Shown in pieces: positions 13,945-27,339 of a stretch of DNA of 64,000 bases. Position numbers and translations under genes: made by a program. This DNA is from Octopus vulgaris. Lineage: Eukaryota. The stretch lies in the NCBI GenBank assembly GCA_951406725.2, contig OX597816.1, forward strand, positions 96,100,001 through 96,164,000, in the 5' to 3' direction. Each line of letters opens with the position of its first letter. Position 1 is the stretch's first letter. The notes under the pieces are model-generated. The model searched no databases and was not told the DNA's origin. It worked only from the letters and a program-made list of their open reading frames with translations.

Positions 13945-14550
13945 AGTAGTTACCATGAGAGATGTTCTCATATTGGTTTTTGCTGCAAAATGCAGGAAGA
14001 CAAATCCCCGCCACCTCCAACACCGAGACCACCAGACCACCTGATAATGACCTTACTTGGTCTTGTCAATGATGGACGCTCGACCACTAGAGATAACAGC
14101 GACCCATCCACTCGACACAGAATAACAGTGTCAGAACAGGTGCTGGTATCGCGATTAGCCAGCGAGCTTGTTAAAGAATATATATTAGCGACAGGAGCAG
14201 AGCTAATAATGAGAGATAATATTTCTTGCCGCTGAAATGTGGATGTTCAGTTAGAAAAACTATAATGAGATAGTTACCATGAGAGAAACCCTCATATTGG
14301 TTTTTGGTGCAAACTGCACTCTTGTTTATATTGGTAGCGAGGAGACTCAACCTTACTTGGTCTTGTCAATGATGGATGCTCGAACGCTAGAGATAGCAGC
14401 GATTCATCTCTCCACCGGCAATATATAGAATAACAGTGCCAGAACAGGTACTGTTATCGGTTAGAACAAACTATACTTGTCAATGGTGGAAGCTCGACCG
14501 CTAGAGGTAGCAGCGATTTACTTCCGCGGCAGTAATATATAAAATAGAAT
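13945..14550 (+). repeat. Diverged tandem repeat (2 near-full units + 1 partial)
   Basis: tagttaccatgagag...ccttacttggtcttgtcaatgatgga...agaataacagtg at ~13945 and ~14271; partial unit at ~14473. Confidence 0.8.
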
Positions 14551-15109
14551 GGAATACGCATATTGTACGTAAACTTTATCTGTCACATTCTTCAGAAGCC
14601 GTTTGGACTGGTCCTTATTCTAAGTTTCCCCGCTTTTCAGTAAGAGAAATTCAGCACTCAATACAGGGTGAAAGTCTAATAAACTTACAAATTTTGGCTT
14701 TTTGAACGACCTTGTTCTTGGATTTTAGAGACCGGTTGTTTTTATTGTTGCTATGACTGTTGTCGTTATTGTTTAACATTAGGTCAGCCTTCGTCGAGAA
14801 GACTTATGACCAAAAGGATCCCATCCTCAACCCTTTTGTCTTTTTAATGATAATATTATGCAATGCCTCCTTCATTTTTTATAATCAGTAATAATTTTAT
14901 TTCAAGTGTATTTGTTTGTTATTTCTAGGAATTCGACCTCCAAAATAGAGGATTCCTTCGGATTGGGATTCCAGGGCCATCTTCTACATTTTATTTTTAC
15001 TAGGCAAACACCCAGAAGGAGTTGATTTCAGCATCACCGATTAACGAAAATTCATTATTTACTTAATTTGCGTTGGATGGTTATGTGTTCTCATCTTGTT
15101 TGTTGTTAC

Positions 15110-15151
15110 CACAACGTTTCGGCTGATTTACTCTCCAGCTTTCATCAGTTG
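15110..15151 (-). ncRNA. Minimal hammerhead motif
   Basis: caa CTGATGA a agctgg agagtaaa tcagcc GAAAC GTT gtg. Confidence 0.65.
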
Positions 15152-15214
15152 TCCTGGTAGAATTTTGAACCCAACCCTGGATTCTCATTCCTAAGGTACT
15201 TTTTGTTTTGCTGA

Positions 15215-15271
<57 letters not shown>

Positions 15272-15321
15272 CATCATCATCATCATCATTATTATTATTA
15301 TTATCATTATTATTATTATTA

Positions 15322-15361
<40 letters not shown>

Positions 15362-15372
15362 CATTTATTCAA

Positions 15373-15443
15373 GGCACTGGCTGGAATTGAACTCGCAATC
15401 TTGGGGTTAGTAACCCGCGCTCTAAACCATTACGCTGTATGCC
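15373..15443 (-). pseudogene. tRNA-derived head (Pol III A/B boxes)
   Basis: GGCATACAGCGTAATGGTTTAGAGCGCGGGTTACTAACCCCAAGATTGCGAGTTCAATTCCAGCCAGTGCC: A box, B box GTTCAATTCC, GGCAT/GTGCC acceptor pairing, imperfect anticodon stem. Confidence 0.75.
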
Positions 15444-15578
15444 TACTAACCACAAGATTGCGAGTTCAATTGCAGGCAGTGACTTGAATAAATAATAATA
15501 ATAATAATAATATCATCAGCAAAAGAAAAAATACCTTTGGAATGAGAACCCAGGGTTGGATTCAAAATTCTAACAGGA

Positions 15579-15620
15579 CACCTGAAGAAGGCTGGAAAGT
15601 AAATCAGCCGAAACGTTGTG
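15579..15620 (+). ncRNA. Minimal hammerhead motif
   Basis: cac CTGAAGA a ggctgg aaagtaaa tcagcc GAAAC GTT gtg. Palindromic AACGTT stem III. Confidence 0.75.
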
Positions 15621-16491
15621 ATAACAACAAACAAGAAGAGGACACATATCCATTCAATGTAAATAATGTAGTTAAATACGTTTTCTCAAAAATATAGAAC
15701 AGTATAAATTCGTTAAATATTCAGCAATAACAATAATAAGCCAGTGGATTAAACTTTAGGCCAAGAAGAAGAAGAGAAATCTAAATTTTTGGACACTCGT
15801 CCTTCTCTCCTTTTCCTCCTCCTTCTTCTTTTCCTTCTCCTCCTCTTTCTTTTTAGAGAGAACGATGGAGAAAGAAAAATTATACCAGTCATGTCCTTCA
15901 GGTTCAATAGTAATAATTAGGAAACAAATATTATTGAAGGGTTATGTGGGGAGGTTTGTGTGGAAAAGAAAGAAAGAGGGATAGAGAGAGGGGTGTGGGA
16001 GAGAGAGAGGAGGGAGAGAGAGGAAGAAAAAGATGGTGTGAATAATGTGTGCTGTATCACTGAAGTGGAAATAAAAGGTGTCAGAGTGGTGGTAAAACAT
16101 GTGAGGGCCAAATCATACGAAGTGTCAAGTGACATTAACAAAAGTAAAATACTCAGCCTTGACTGATAAATTATACCATCCCAGAAGCTACAACCATTCC
16201 ATATAACCTTGAGTGAAATATTAGAAATATTGGTTGTTACCAAAGAGGAAAATAGATTTGCTTCAATTAGCAGAGTTCAATATGTGCAATTAAACAAAAC
16301 ACTCGAAAACTTACCGATCCATCGTATGATTTGGGAGCAACATCGCATCCACAGAAAAGTTAGGACAATCCGTCACGGACTCAGTGTTACCAGCACGCAT
16401 GCATACATACATATATGCATATATACGTGCAAATAACAGGCAAACGCACAAATGCATACTCTACGCTTTTCTTTCTACCCTTGTCTTTGTT

Positions 16492-16556
<65 letters not shown>

Positions 16557-17414
16557 TTAGAGAGAGTGAGAAAAAGGTGGAAGAGATGATTGGAGAAATT
16601 TGCAAAATGCTGCAAAAATCGATCGATTAAAATGTGCAAGAGCAAAAAAGAAAATGTTTTAAAAAATAGTTTAATTTTTGCCAAGTGAATAATAAAGACA
16701 AAATATTCTTTTGTAATTACGAGTCGGAAATTATAACACCCACCAAAAGTATAATGAGTAAAGAGCGGTGGCCATCTAAATTTGATTAGACACATTTCTT
16801 CATTATCGTTTTTAATTTTTCGATGAATTTTATTCGCAGAAGACTAGGAAGTCCTTTGTTAATAAACAAATGCAAACGATTTTTTTCTGTTGTCTTTTTG
16901 AAATGAATCGCGCGCACGAACGCACATTTTTAGATTCGATTAAAAAGTATGTAAACGGCAGCGGTACCAGCGGTGGCGGCGGCAGCGGTGGATGAGTCAA
17001 GAAGTCGTGTGCGTGTAATTTATGTGCGTGTAATTAAAGTTGACGTGTAAAGTAATCAACTGAAATGATATGTTAAATTTGGTTTTGAGAGGACAAACAA
17101 TCCAGTCTATAGAAAACACTAATATTCCTCATTTGCAGTTTGACAAATTCTATTATGAAGAATGAGTAATAGCATAAGCACCATAAACTATATATCTCCG
17201 TAGGAAGAGAAGAGGCGATTAAATTAATTGCACTACTTCAAAGGAATACTATTTTATGAAAACTTTAAAGATGAGAGTGGAAGTTGACCACGCTGAAGTT
17301 TGAACTCAAAACATAATGAGAAGTAAATAAATACCGCCATGCAGCAAATAATATTATCCGATCCAGTCCCTACTACTCAACTATCTATAATAGAATTGTA
17401 TAGATAGATGGATG

Positions 17415-18508
17415 ATGGCCGTCTACTCGTAACCGAGGAAGACCAATACTGGCACCAAGAACATTGTGCACTCTAGGACCAACTTATATTTGGCATTTGC
17501 GGCTCCGTTGGGGGCTAATAAGCCCTGCTCTTGACAAGCATACACAACTGCAAACTGCAGCACGCTTAAATTCTTCAGGCAGAATACGTGCTCTCTCAAA
17601 AATGTCGACACCCTCCTTAACCTGCTTCCTCCATCTGTGGCGATGATAGGCATTTCTCTCCTAGTCAGTCTCCTGCATATCACAGGCCTTTAATGAACAC
17701 TTGACCCAGTCCTTAAAACGTAGCCTTGGTTTCTGCCGGACTCTCATTCCATTCACAATTTCCCCATATAGCATTTGCTTAGGGATCCTGCCATCCTTCA
17801 TTCTAAGGTGTTCAGTCCAACATAACCGTTGCCTGTGCACCATCGCTTCCATACTCAAGATATCAGCTATCCCCAGGGCTTGTGTGTCTGGAGTTTTTAA
17901 GCTCCAGTCAACATTCAGAATGTGTCTGAGACATTTCTGATGAAAGCGTCCAAGGACCCTCACATGACGTTTGTAAAGGGTCCATGTCTCACATGAGTAA
18001 AGGAGCGATGTCAGTACACAATGTTTGTTTGCTTTGTGATGCCATGCTGGGACCAGACACGAGACTGAAATAACGGAAGGAATCAGTTGCTCTGTGCAGT
18101 TGCTCTGTTGCTCCAGGGAGCAAGAATGCCTGAGTGTGCTGCCCAGGTAGACAAACTTATCTACCACTTTCAGAATTGTTCCTTTAATCAAGATAGCTGT
18201 TTCTACGTATGGATTTCCTGGTGCAGGCAGGACATTACAGCAGTCTTGTCCAGGCTAATGCTGAGTCCGGATGCCTTGCAAGAAGCAAAAATACGATTCA
18301 TATGTTCACTGTATGAGTGACTAGGTCACAGTTATCTGCATAAAGGAGGTCAGGAATAAGAGACTGGAAAACTTTTATATTATCCGCAAATCGACGCAAA
18401 TACTTTACATATATTCCCAGAGAACTAACCTTAGCAAAAGCATGAGTAAAAGCAGTAGCAAAGTACAAAGAAAAGGGAGTTGGGGCTAGGATCTCACCCT
18501 GCTTGTGA
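17415..18508 (-). mobile_element. RTE-clade LINE, 5'-truncated RT pseudogene
   Basis: KQGEILAPTPFSLY, LLYADNCDL, VVDKFVYLGS, LLYSCETWTLYKRH...RFHQKCLRHIL, RIPKQMLYGE across frameshifts. Confidence 0.9.
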
Positions 18509-18586
18509 TACATACATACATACATACATATATACATACATGCATACATACATACATACATACATTTGTATATTCGAATATATGTG

Positions 18587-18626
<40 letters not shown>

Positions 18627-18811
18627 CATACGTGTGTGTGTGTGTCTTGTTTTCCGTTTGTTTCGTTGTTCGCAAAAAAGTTCGTACTCCATGTTGTCGT
18701 ATTTCATGTTGTTTTCGTATTTTATGTTCATTTTATGTTGTCTGCGTTCCGTAGTGTCCTGTGCCCATATACGCATGTATATGCAAATATATGTATGCAC
18801 ATATAAATATG

Positions 18812-18865
<54 letters not shown>

Positions 18866-19181
18866 TAGCAGTTAATTGGCCAAAGTCAACTTGTTGTTGA
18901 AATATATAAATATATGGAATCATGTAACTACACTATATTTTAAATATACATCTTTAAAATTATACTGAGTATCTTAAGTTGGTTTATTCTCCCTGAAAAG
19001 TTGCATCCACGTATTTCAGATGGTTGAAAATGAGCTTCATAAAGATTTGTAGTCACATACACTATCATAAAACATATAAAATCCCTTTGCATCTGATCTG
19101 TTTATTAAAGCGTTGCATTTATTTTGACCTTTAAGGAAAAGATTAGGAGAGAGTTGATATAAATACAAACATTAATATATA

Positions 19182-20232
19182 CCGGGGCTGGACAAAATAA
19201 TGGAAACCCCTTAAAATTTCAAACAAATTTATTTTAGTATGGCAGTGATTTAATTTGGCAGTAATTACAGCTTGAATTCTGTGATTTATGGACTCGTACA
19301 AAGTTTGAATTGTTTTCAAAGGAACTTTTGACCATTATTCAGCTAAAACAGACTCTAGTTCTTCTAAAATGCACCATAAATGTTCAACAATATTGAGATC
19401 TGGGGACTGTGGTAGCCAGATAAGATGTTCAACTTCACTAGAATGTCCTTTGTGCTATTCAGTAACACCATTAGCTGTGTGATTTGGTGCATTATCATCC
19501 TGAAAGATTGAGTTTCCCTCCGGAAACAGTTCCGCAACCATAGGATCAATTCGATCAGATAAAATGCTTAAATAATCTTCACTATTACTTCTGCCATGAA
19601 GGGAAAACATTGGACGGCGGATTTCCAAGATATAGCCCCCTAGATCATGACAGATTCTCCTCCATGTTTAACAGATGGAAGAAGGTAGTCTGGGTCAGAT
19701 GCTTCTTTTGGCTGTCTCCACACGTATACTTGACCGGTGATCAGAAATAAGGTAAAGGATTACTCGTCCGAGAAAATAACATTCTTCGACTGCTCTAGGG
19801 ACCAATCCTGTAGGTTTTTACTCTACTCTAAACGCTTTGCAACGTTTGTTTTGAAAGTAGTGGTTTTATGATTGCAGCTCCCAGCGAACAGTTTTTGTGG
19901 AAACTGGGTTCTCGAGGTGGTCATTAAGCTCTGCAGTAATTTTGGGAGCTGTACTTTTGTGATCCTTTCTAACAATTCGCATAAGAGTCTGACGGTCCCT
20001 ATCTGAAAGTTTTGGTTTTCTTCTGGAGTTTTGTTTCTTCTGGAGTTTTGAATTTTAATTACCTTTTTCTGATGATATCTGAAAGGAAACAGCAATTTTA
20101 GCAAAGCATATTAAGCAACACTAATAGTAAATAAAAAAAAGCATAAAGGTAAACTAGCTTTTGCCGGTTTTATAGATATTTCAAAATTATGATGCTATGA
20201 TGGTAGGTGTTTCTATTAATTTGTCCAACCCT
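19182..20232 (-). mobile_element. Tc1-like DNA transposon, decayed
   Basis: TIRs ggggctggacaaaataatggaaac / gtttctattaatttgtccaaccc. Minus-strand VIFSDE, IFQDDNAPNH, WLPQSPDLNIVEHLW. Confidence 0.9.
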
Positions 20233-20529
20233 TTAATGTATATATATACATAAGCACACGTACACACACACACATACATTGTCATATTTTTGTGGAAGAC
20301 ATCCTACGTGTTTAGCAGCAGTCCAAAAGTGTAATCAATGCCGTTTTTATGTGACGCGACGTTGACGAAACAACGTATACAATGTCATTCCGAAGATCAA
20401 CAAAAATAATACTGTTTGACCTTTCCCACTAAAACACCTGTCAAGTGTACACATAAAGACCGGATATTGTTGTTTGAGGCGGGCAAGAAAATGTATGTAC
20501 TGTCATAGAAGTCATATCCTACTGATATG

Positions 20530-20860
20530 AATATATTTTTGAAAATCGAAAAGAAAAGGATAACTATGGAAAATTGCTTCGAAACCTCCAGTTTTTATAT
20601 CCAGATTATAAGTTCACTTTTATACAAATGTCTAATTGACAATTTGGATAGCCCAGGGTTTTCAGAAACAGAAATCAGCCATCTAACACGCACATGACAA
20701 ATACAATCTGTAAATGCAACATAAAATATATGCAAGATTTTTCTCATTGTTTTTGTATTCGGCGAAGCTCCACCGATGGAGATTTGTATCGTTTGAAACC
20801 AGCTCCTTCTCCAGAGGAAGAACTCAAATAATTGAAAACAGAAGGGCACATATATACATA
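20530..20860 (+). mobile_element. Degenerate RLE-LINE 3' end
   Basis: Homologous to 34490-34760 and 34790-35530 (...taaaaatatgcaagactttct...). Confidence 0.65.
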
Positions 20861-21349
20861 TAATCAATAGCTGAGTGCAGTGAAATTTAAACTTCTGTAT
20901 ATAAAAGAAACTTGTTTACTTGCTTATTCAACACAAACCATTTAAGATTTCAAGTAAACTTAATTTTGGATTAAGTAATTAAATTCTTCATATAAAACTT
21001 ATTAAGAAATAAAGAATTTAATTGTGTCATCGTATTATGTTTTATTCGAATCAATGAACAAGACAAGATACTTTTGTTTCCTTTCAAAACCGATATAAAA
21101 CAGAGACGTTTCTTCTAGAAATTTGCAAACAAGTTCGTTTGTGTTCGTACAGTAACCAAATGGAAATTTTGGTATAGCAAAATATAATTTAATTATACTA
21201 TCTCAACTATTATCTAACTATAGAATAACAATGGAATTCTGTTGTCGAATTTGCTATCTAAACACGAAAAGAAAAAGAAAAACCTCTCCTTTTACTTGAT
21301 TATTCTTACCTCTTCAATATAAGCAAATATATACTTTTGAATACCCTCC

Positions 21350-21357
21350 AGTATATA

Positions 21358-21393
<36 letters not shown>

Positions 21394-21406
21394 TGTGTGT
21401 GAGTGT

Positions 21407-21454
<48 letters not shown>

Positions 21455-21795
21455 GTGTGTGTGTGCGTATGTGTGTACATATATATATATATATATACAC
21501 ACGTATATATGCATATATATATATATTTATATATATGTATGTATATTTATATATGTTTAAAGATATATATGCACACACACAGCCATACATAAATACAAAC
21601 ACACACACACATATATGCACATTATATATACACATGTACATATATGCAAACACATGAATATACGTACTTGAGTATGGGTGTTCGTGTTAGTATACATGTA
21701 TACATAAAGGTGATGTATTGCATACGAAAATGTACATTAAGATATAAGGATATAAAGTACTGTATCATTGCGTGTCTATGTGTGTGTAATTTTAC

Positions 21796-21845
<50 letters not shown>

Positions 21846-22070
21846 TTATATATAAATAATATACATATATACATACGTATATATATATATGCATATGTAA
21901 AATACATATATGTATGTGTATATATGTATATATGTACATATATATGTATGTATATATATATATGTATATATATATATGTATGTATATATGTATTTGTACA
22001 TATATGGATATATAGATGCACAAATACATATGTGTGCGTGTGTGTGTGTGTGTGTGTGTGGAGGGAGAGA
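21350..22070. repeat. Compound (TA)/(CA)/(TG) microsatellite field
   Basis: Direct inspection. Similar fields at 25945-26142, 29610-29920, 43140-45990 and 60020-61700. Confidence 0.95.
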
Positions 22071-23565
22071 GGGAATCACTCTTTGATATAACTATAAAGA
22101 TATGTAATTTTGAAAATTCAAATATATATATTTGCTTCAATCTTTTTATTTCAGAAAATCTTTTAAGACGGTAACAATATATTAAATATTTTCTCTTTAT
22201 TAGTTAAATTGTACTGATATAGATATTTAATGTTTGTATAAATAATTCCCGTTATAATGATATTAGTCTACATTTGTATCATATCACCATTATTGCATTA
22301 CCTCTTTTGTCTAGATAATGGTAAGTACAGACTAAAGCCTTTATATAGTGTGTCTATTAAACAATCCTATTGCTGTAATTAAGCTTCCAGTGGTCTAGTT
22401 AACCAGAATTTTGATCAAAGATGCATCAACCACGTCCATCAAGATGTTTGCTCGGGTGTTGCGTAAATAAAAAGCGTTGCTCAGTGTCTTAACTATTATC
22501 AACACTGTAATATATTATTTGAGGAGGATTTGTCTATCATTTCTAATATGTCAATTGACTGGATAGAGATTTCCTCGCTGGCTCGAGATGGATTTGTTCT
22601 TGCGAATTTAACCCCAAATTAGCTGTGATTGAGCAGACGTATAAACAAAACTTACCAAATTGTAATGTTTTCGTCGCTTTAATGGTGTTGCATAGAACTG
22701 AATTATACAATATCTTCTTTATTTATTTTAGATGGTTGAGTGTCAACTGAAAAAGACTTGATGACTATTTCTATTAGTTCAAGCAACCACCTAGAAACTC
22801 TGTTTCATTCGTTTAATTCGGGTTACTCGCTGTGTATTTCCATGATAGAAAGTCTAAGTATATATTTTATCTAAGTTTATTTCTGTTGTGACTCTCCAGT
22901 GTCGTCTCGAAATGGAAGGAATGTATAATATATAAATGGCTATACATTATAAAAAAGCAACTTCCTATTTTGCGTTAGATTGCATAAACTACAAATGATT
23001 CTATGTTTAGTATTTTATTGTAGGAACAGAATGGCTTGTTGACATGGTGCAGCAAAATAATTCTTGTGATATAGAGCCCCTACTTATTGTCTCCTTACTG
23101 TCTAATGACAGTAACTTTTGTAAGCACAAGCTCCATCTTGTCTTTTCAAATTTTTTAAGAGCAAACATGATAATAGAATCAACTTGACTTTTAACTTTAT
23201 GTTCTACTGTATATAGAAATTGCATTCAGTAAACTGTTCAGTGCAGTAATTACTCAAAAAGTGCCGAATTTTCAATTTCAATCATAACACATTTGTCAGT
23301 ATAGTTGACACAAGAGTTTCAATTAAATGCACGTATTCTAGCACAGAACCTAACGTCTTCATTATATGACATAACATTCTTGATTGAAGATTTACAACAT
23401 GTAGTCTTCATTTAAAAACGTTAATTGTTTCAGTGGGGGAAAGATTATGCTTTCTTGAAACTTTCTTATACGTACAAACGTACTACGCACAACTAAACAC
23501 ACTCTCTATCGCACTCATAAATATTCACACACTCAAAGATTGTGACACACGCAAACACAAACACA

Positions 23566-23616
<51 letters not shown>

Positions 23617-25963
23617 CACGCAGACATGCTCCGCTGTCCTATTTCTGATGCTGTAAACTTTGCGTTGTAAAGGTAGTCATTAGAAAAGGTACCAACGATG
23701 AAAGTTTTGAAAAATATTAATGTTATTATTGTTGACAATGTGTGGCAGGAGAGAAGCCGTGCAGTAAATTGAGGATAAGGCTGTTGAAGCTATCGCTACA
23801 TATGCTTTGTAACTTTCCTGTTACGCACTTTGAATACTACATTCCCAGTATAGATAATTGCATTGCATAACCATTTGCCGTTAAGTGGATTGATTTCATT
23901 AGTCCGGCAATTAACTCTTGCAAATATGACATCCCAAGTGTGCTGTATGAAAATAAAATGTGGTATTGTTTAGTGCAAGCACATTTTCAGAGGCCGTTTT
24001 CTGAACCATAAGTCCACAATGACGATTGAAGAAAAAAAATAAACAAACAAAAAAGAAAAAAAACAGCACGGCATTGTTCATTTAGGGTTGGAAATTGAAA
24101 GATCATATTGATAACGACTAGTCAATCATATCATATATAAACAGGCAAGGAAATAGCAATGCTATACTGCAAATCGACACATTAAATAAAAGGACCAAAA
24201 TATTTAAATGGCGTTACAAGAGTAAATTTTATCTCGAGAATTACAATCGCTCAACATACCATAATTTAGTTATAGAATATAAAATCAAGACCCCTGACGT
24301 ACACCAACAGGAACTTTACTAAACTTGCTCTTCCATCAGCACAAATACATGTATTTTGAAAATTGTTTTTCATATAGTCTGATGATTGATGGCTGATGAC
24401 TATTTTCAGGTTTAAAACATGAAGTCATGAAAGAATAATCCCTCATTTTCCCATCTCCCTCTCTCCTCCTCTTTTTGTATGTATGAACCGGTTTCTAACA
24501 TAGATCCAAGACTCCTTCATCAACAACAGAGTATGTATGTATGTATGTATGTATGTATGTATGTATGTATGTATGTATGTATGTATGTATGTATGTATCT
24601 ATCTATCTATGTATGTCTTATCTGTCTGTCTGTATACGTTTATGAATTTGTATTGCAAGATTCCTGAGGTGAAATCGTGTGTTGAAAAAATATTGTTATA
24701 AATCGGGATTGTCATATTTTTTTGCCAAATAAGCACATGCACTATATATTCGTTATTCAGTCATTTATAATTGTTCTTATTTCATCTTATGCTCATTGTC
24801 TGGAATTCTTTCTTCACACATCTGTGACCTTTTCAGCGATCTTTCCACCTCACGTGTATCTTCGTGTTCTATTTAGTCCATACTCTAATGGCATCGGCTA
24901 TAACTATGGAAACCTTAGGAAGGCGGAATTTACATGAGTGAGGAACAGGATCAAATGCCACTTTATAGTCTAGTCAGACAGTCAACAGATTTCGGCAATG
25001 TTGCTTCACTTCTTTCAGATCTGTTCTTGTTGGAGAGGAACTGCTTGGTTTGAAACAGTCACTGACCACTTCTTAATTCCCACTCATAAATCATCCCGTC
25101 ATTTGTTTTACAGTGAACCTGTACGAATATATTCCAGTAACATGTGTATAGCTAATATGTACACAGAAACATGCTGTGGTTTCTTGGTTTCTAGCTACAA
25201 GTACTGAACGTGCTACTGTTAGCAAGTCACTTACTTTGTGTATGGCGTCTATTATCCGTCTCAAGAAGTTGTCGAAGGTTACCATGTGAAAGATCATCTT
25301 TCCATAACTGTCTAGAAGGTGTCTTCACCGGGATTTTTCTGTTCGGTAGCTTTACAATAACAGTCACGAGATTTTAACTGGCGGTATACGATTGATGCAT
25401 GTTTTGGGAGATAAGTTTACTCAGTACCTACGCTGTAACTCATTTCCCCACAATGACTCACGTTTGCGCTAATAATTTACATTCCAGATCCCTGCTGGCA
25501 ATAACTCTAGAGCATTCTAGAGATGAGCTTTAACGACACTAAGGATATAACCTTTCATGCTGCAATTCGTTGCTTGAGAGTTTAATGCAAATTTGGTATT
25601 TGATAGTCCTACTTTCTAGAAATTTGTTGCGACAGTGATTTACCTCTCGTGCTTCAGAGTAATTAACTAGCTTACCCGTGCGTGTCTTAAGTCGGTAGTT
25701 CCCATAGAGCTTTAGTATTCAATTACAATTTGTAACTGATAATTGATGAATGTATGGTTCCGTTTGGATTTAACAATACTATGCAATCGTTCAGTATCTT
25801 TCCTGCACCTGTTGGTATTTTATGGAGACAGGTCACTTTGGGTGTTTTGGCTGTTTTCTTATTACGATCGATGACCGTTACTCCCATCTTTTGGTGAATG
25901 GCAAATGCAAAACAGATTCAGATAGCTTGCAAATTTTGCTTAAGTGTATACACACACACACAC

Positions 25964-26061
<98 letters not shown>

Positions 26062-26078
26062 GTGTGTGTATATATATG

Positions 26079-26146
<68 letters not shown>

Positions 26147-26984
26147 CGCGCCTTTGTGTTTGTGTTTGTATACAGCTACCGTTTGACAACTAGTGTTGGT
26201 TTGTTTACCTCCCTGTAATTTAGTGTTTCAGCAAAAGAAACCGATGGATTAAGTACCAGATTTTAAAAATGTACTTCAGCGATTTGCTCGACTTAACCAT
26301 TCAAGGCGGTGATGTAGTACGGCCCAAGTTCAATGGCTGAAACAAGTAATAGATTATATATATATGTATGCGCGCGCGCGTGTGTTCATGTATGTGTGCG
26401 CGTGCATGTATGTATGTATGTAGGTAGGTAGGTATCTCTCTGTCTTTCTGTCTGTCTAACTAACCAAGTAACAATCTACCATTAATGTATTTTTCTATTT
26501 TCTATGGCTCCATTAAGATATTGTACAGTAAATCTATGATGGAGCACGCCCCATTTGCGCCTTTTACTTGGAGCATTTTGCATATAATATGTCACATGTT
26601 TACAAAATGAATATATAAGGATATGCTGAATGACGATAGCAGAAAATTTCTTTAAAAAAGTAAATTTTCTTTCTAATCAAAGAAATATACCCCAAATATA
26701 GCACCACCTGTTAGCAACTAATAACTAAATGGGGAGATAACTTTAGCAGATTTAGGATTAACTAAGGTGACCTAATATCCATGTTTAAATAGAAACCTGT
26801 CCATTCGTATTTAGGACGGTTATAGCAACGGATATGGTTTTGGTAATATTGAGCCAACCTCATCGGTGGCCAAATTTATTCACTTTATCAGTAAGATTCT
26901 ATAAAACATAAAAATATAGCCTTGTGAGAGGTAGGGGGAAACTGAAAAAAGCCCGTCTTGTACACACATAATACGTAATATATA

Positions 26985-27260
26985 TAATTACAGCGTGGAA
27001 GGTGTTTATAAGCCATTTAAGAAACATACAAAAGCCGTTAGATTCACTTCAACATTTTAATTGATGCAGCACGGAATTTTGTCAGTGAACAGGTCGCGGT
27101 CTCAAAGCGACGAAAACATTTTGACAAATTAAATTTAAATGTTGAAGTGAATCTTTTTGTGTGTTTCTTAAATGGCTTATAAACACCTTCCATGCTGCAA
27201 TTGTTTTCGTTCCAGTACACCATCTCAGATCAGGTCACTTGCTATGCAAGTACATCTCCG

Positions 27261-27265
<5 letters not shown>
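26985..27265 (+). mobile_element. Short pseudo-LTR-like unit with inverted 3' copy, ending in (TA)n
   Basis: 26985-27060 is the reverse complement of ~27132-27203; about 60 nt of extra tail then (TA)n. Confidence 0.75.
27078..27128 (+). ncRNA. Hammerhead motif with G3-C8 swapped core
   Basis: tttgtca GTGAACA g gtcgc ggtctcaaa gcgac GAAA acat T T tgacaaa. Stem I 7 bp, stem II 5 bp. Confidence 0.7.
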
Positions 27266-27312
<47 letters not shown>

Positions 27313-27339
27313 TATATATATACCAATACTTATAACGAT

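Larger units (their letters stand above)
15050..15705. mobile_element. Head-to-head inverted pair of a tRNA-headed, hammerhead-containing SINE-like element
   Basis: Minus copy ~15050-15443 has a complete tRNA-like head. Plus copy 15444-15705 starts inside the head. Both have a (TAA)n spacer and an HHR. Confidence 0.8.

Noticed and set aside
15373-15443. Functional tRNA gene
   Set aside because: Anticodon and T stems mismatched, no T-run terminator, embedded in a repeat.
16300-16410. Minus-strand exon ending at a GTAAGT donor (~16314)
   Set aside because: No acceptor or recognisable protein; a single donor motif is insufficient.
24480-24525. TGATGA...GAAACCGGTT (minus) as a hammerhead
   Set aside because: Matches the RLE-LINE 3' UTR seen at ~35470-35500; stems do not pair.
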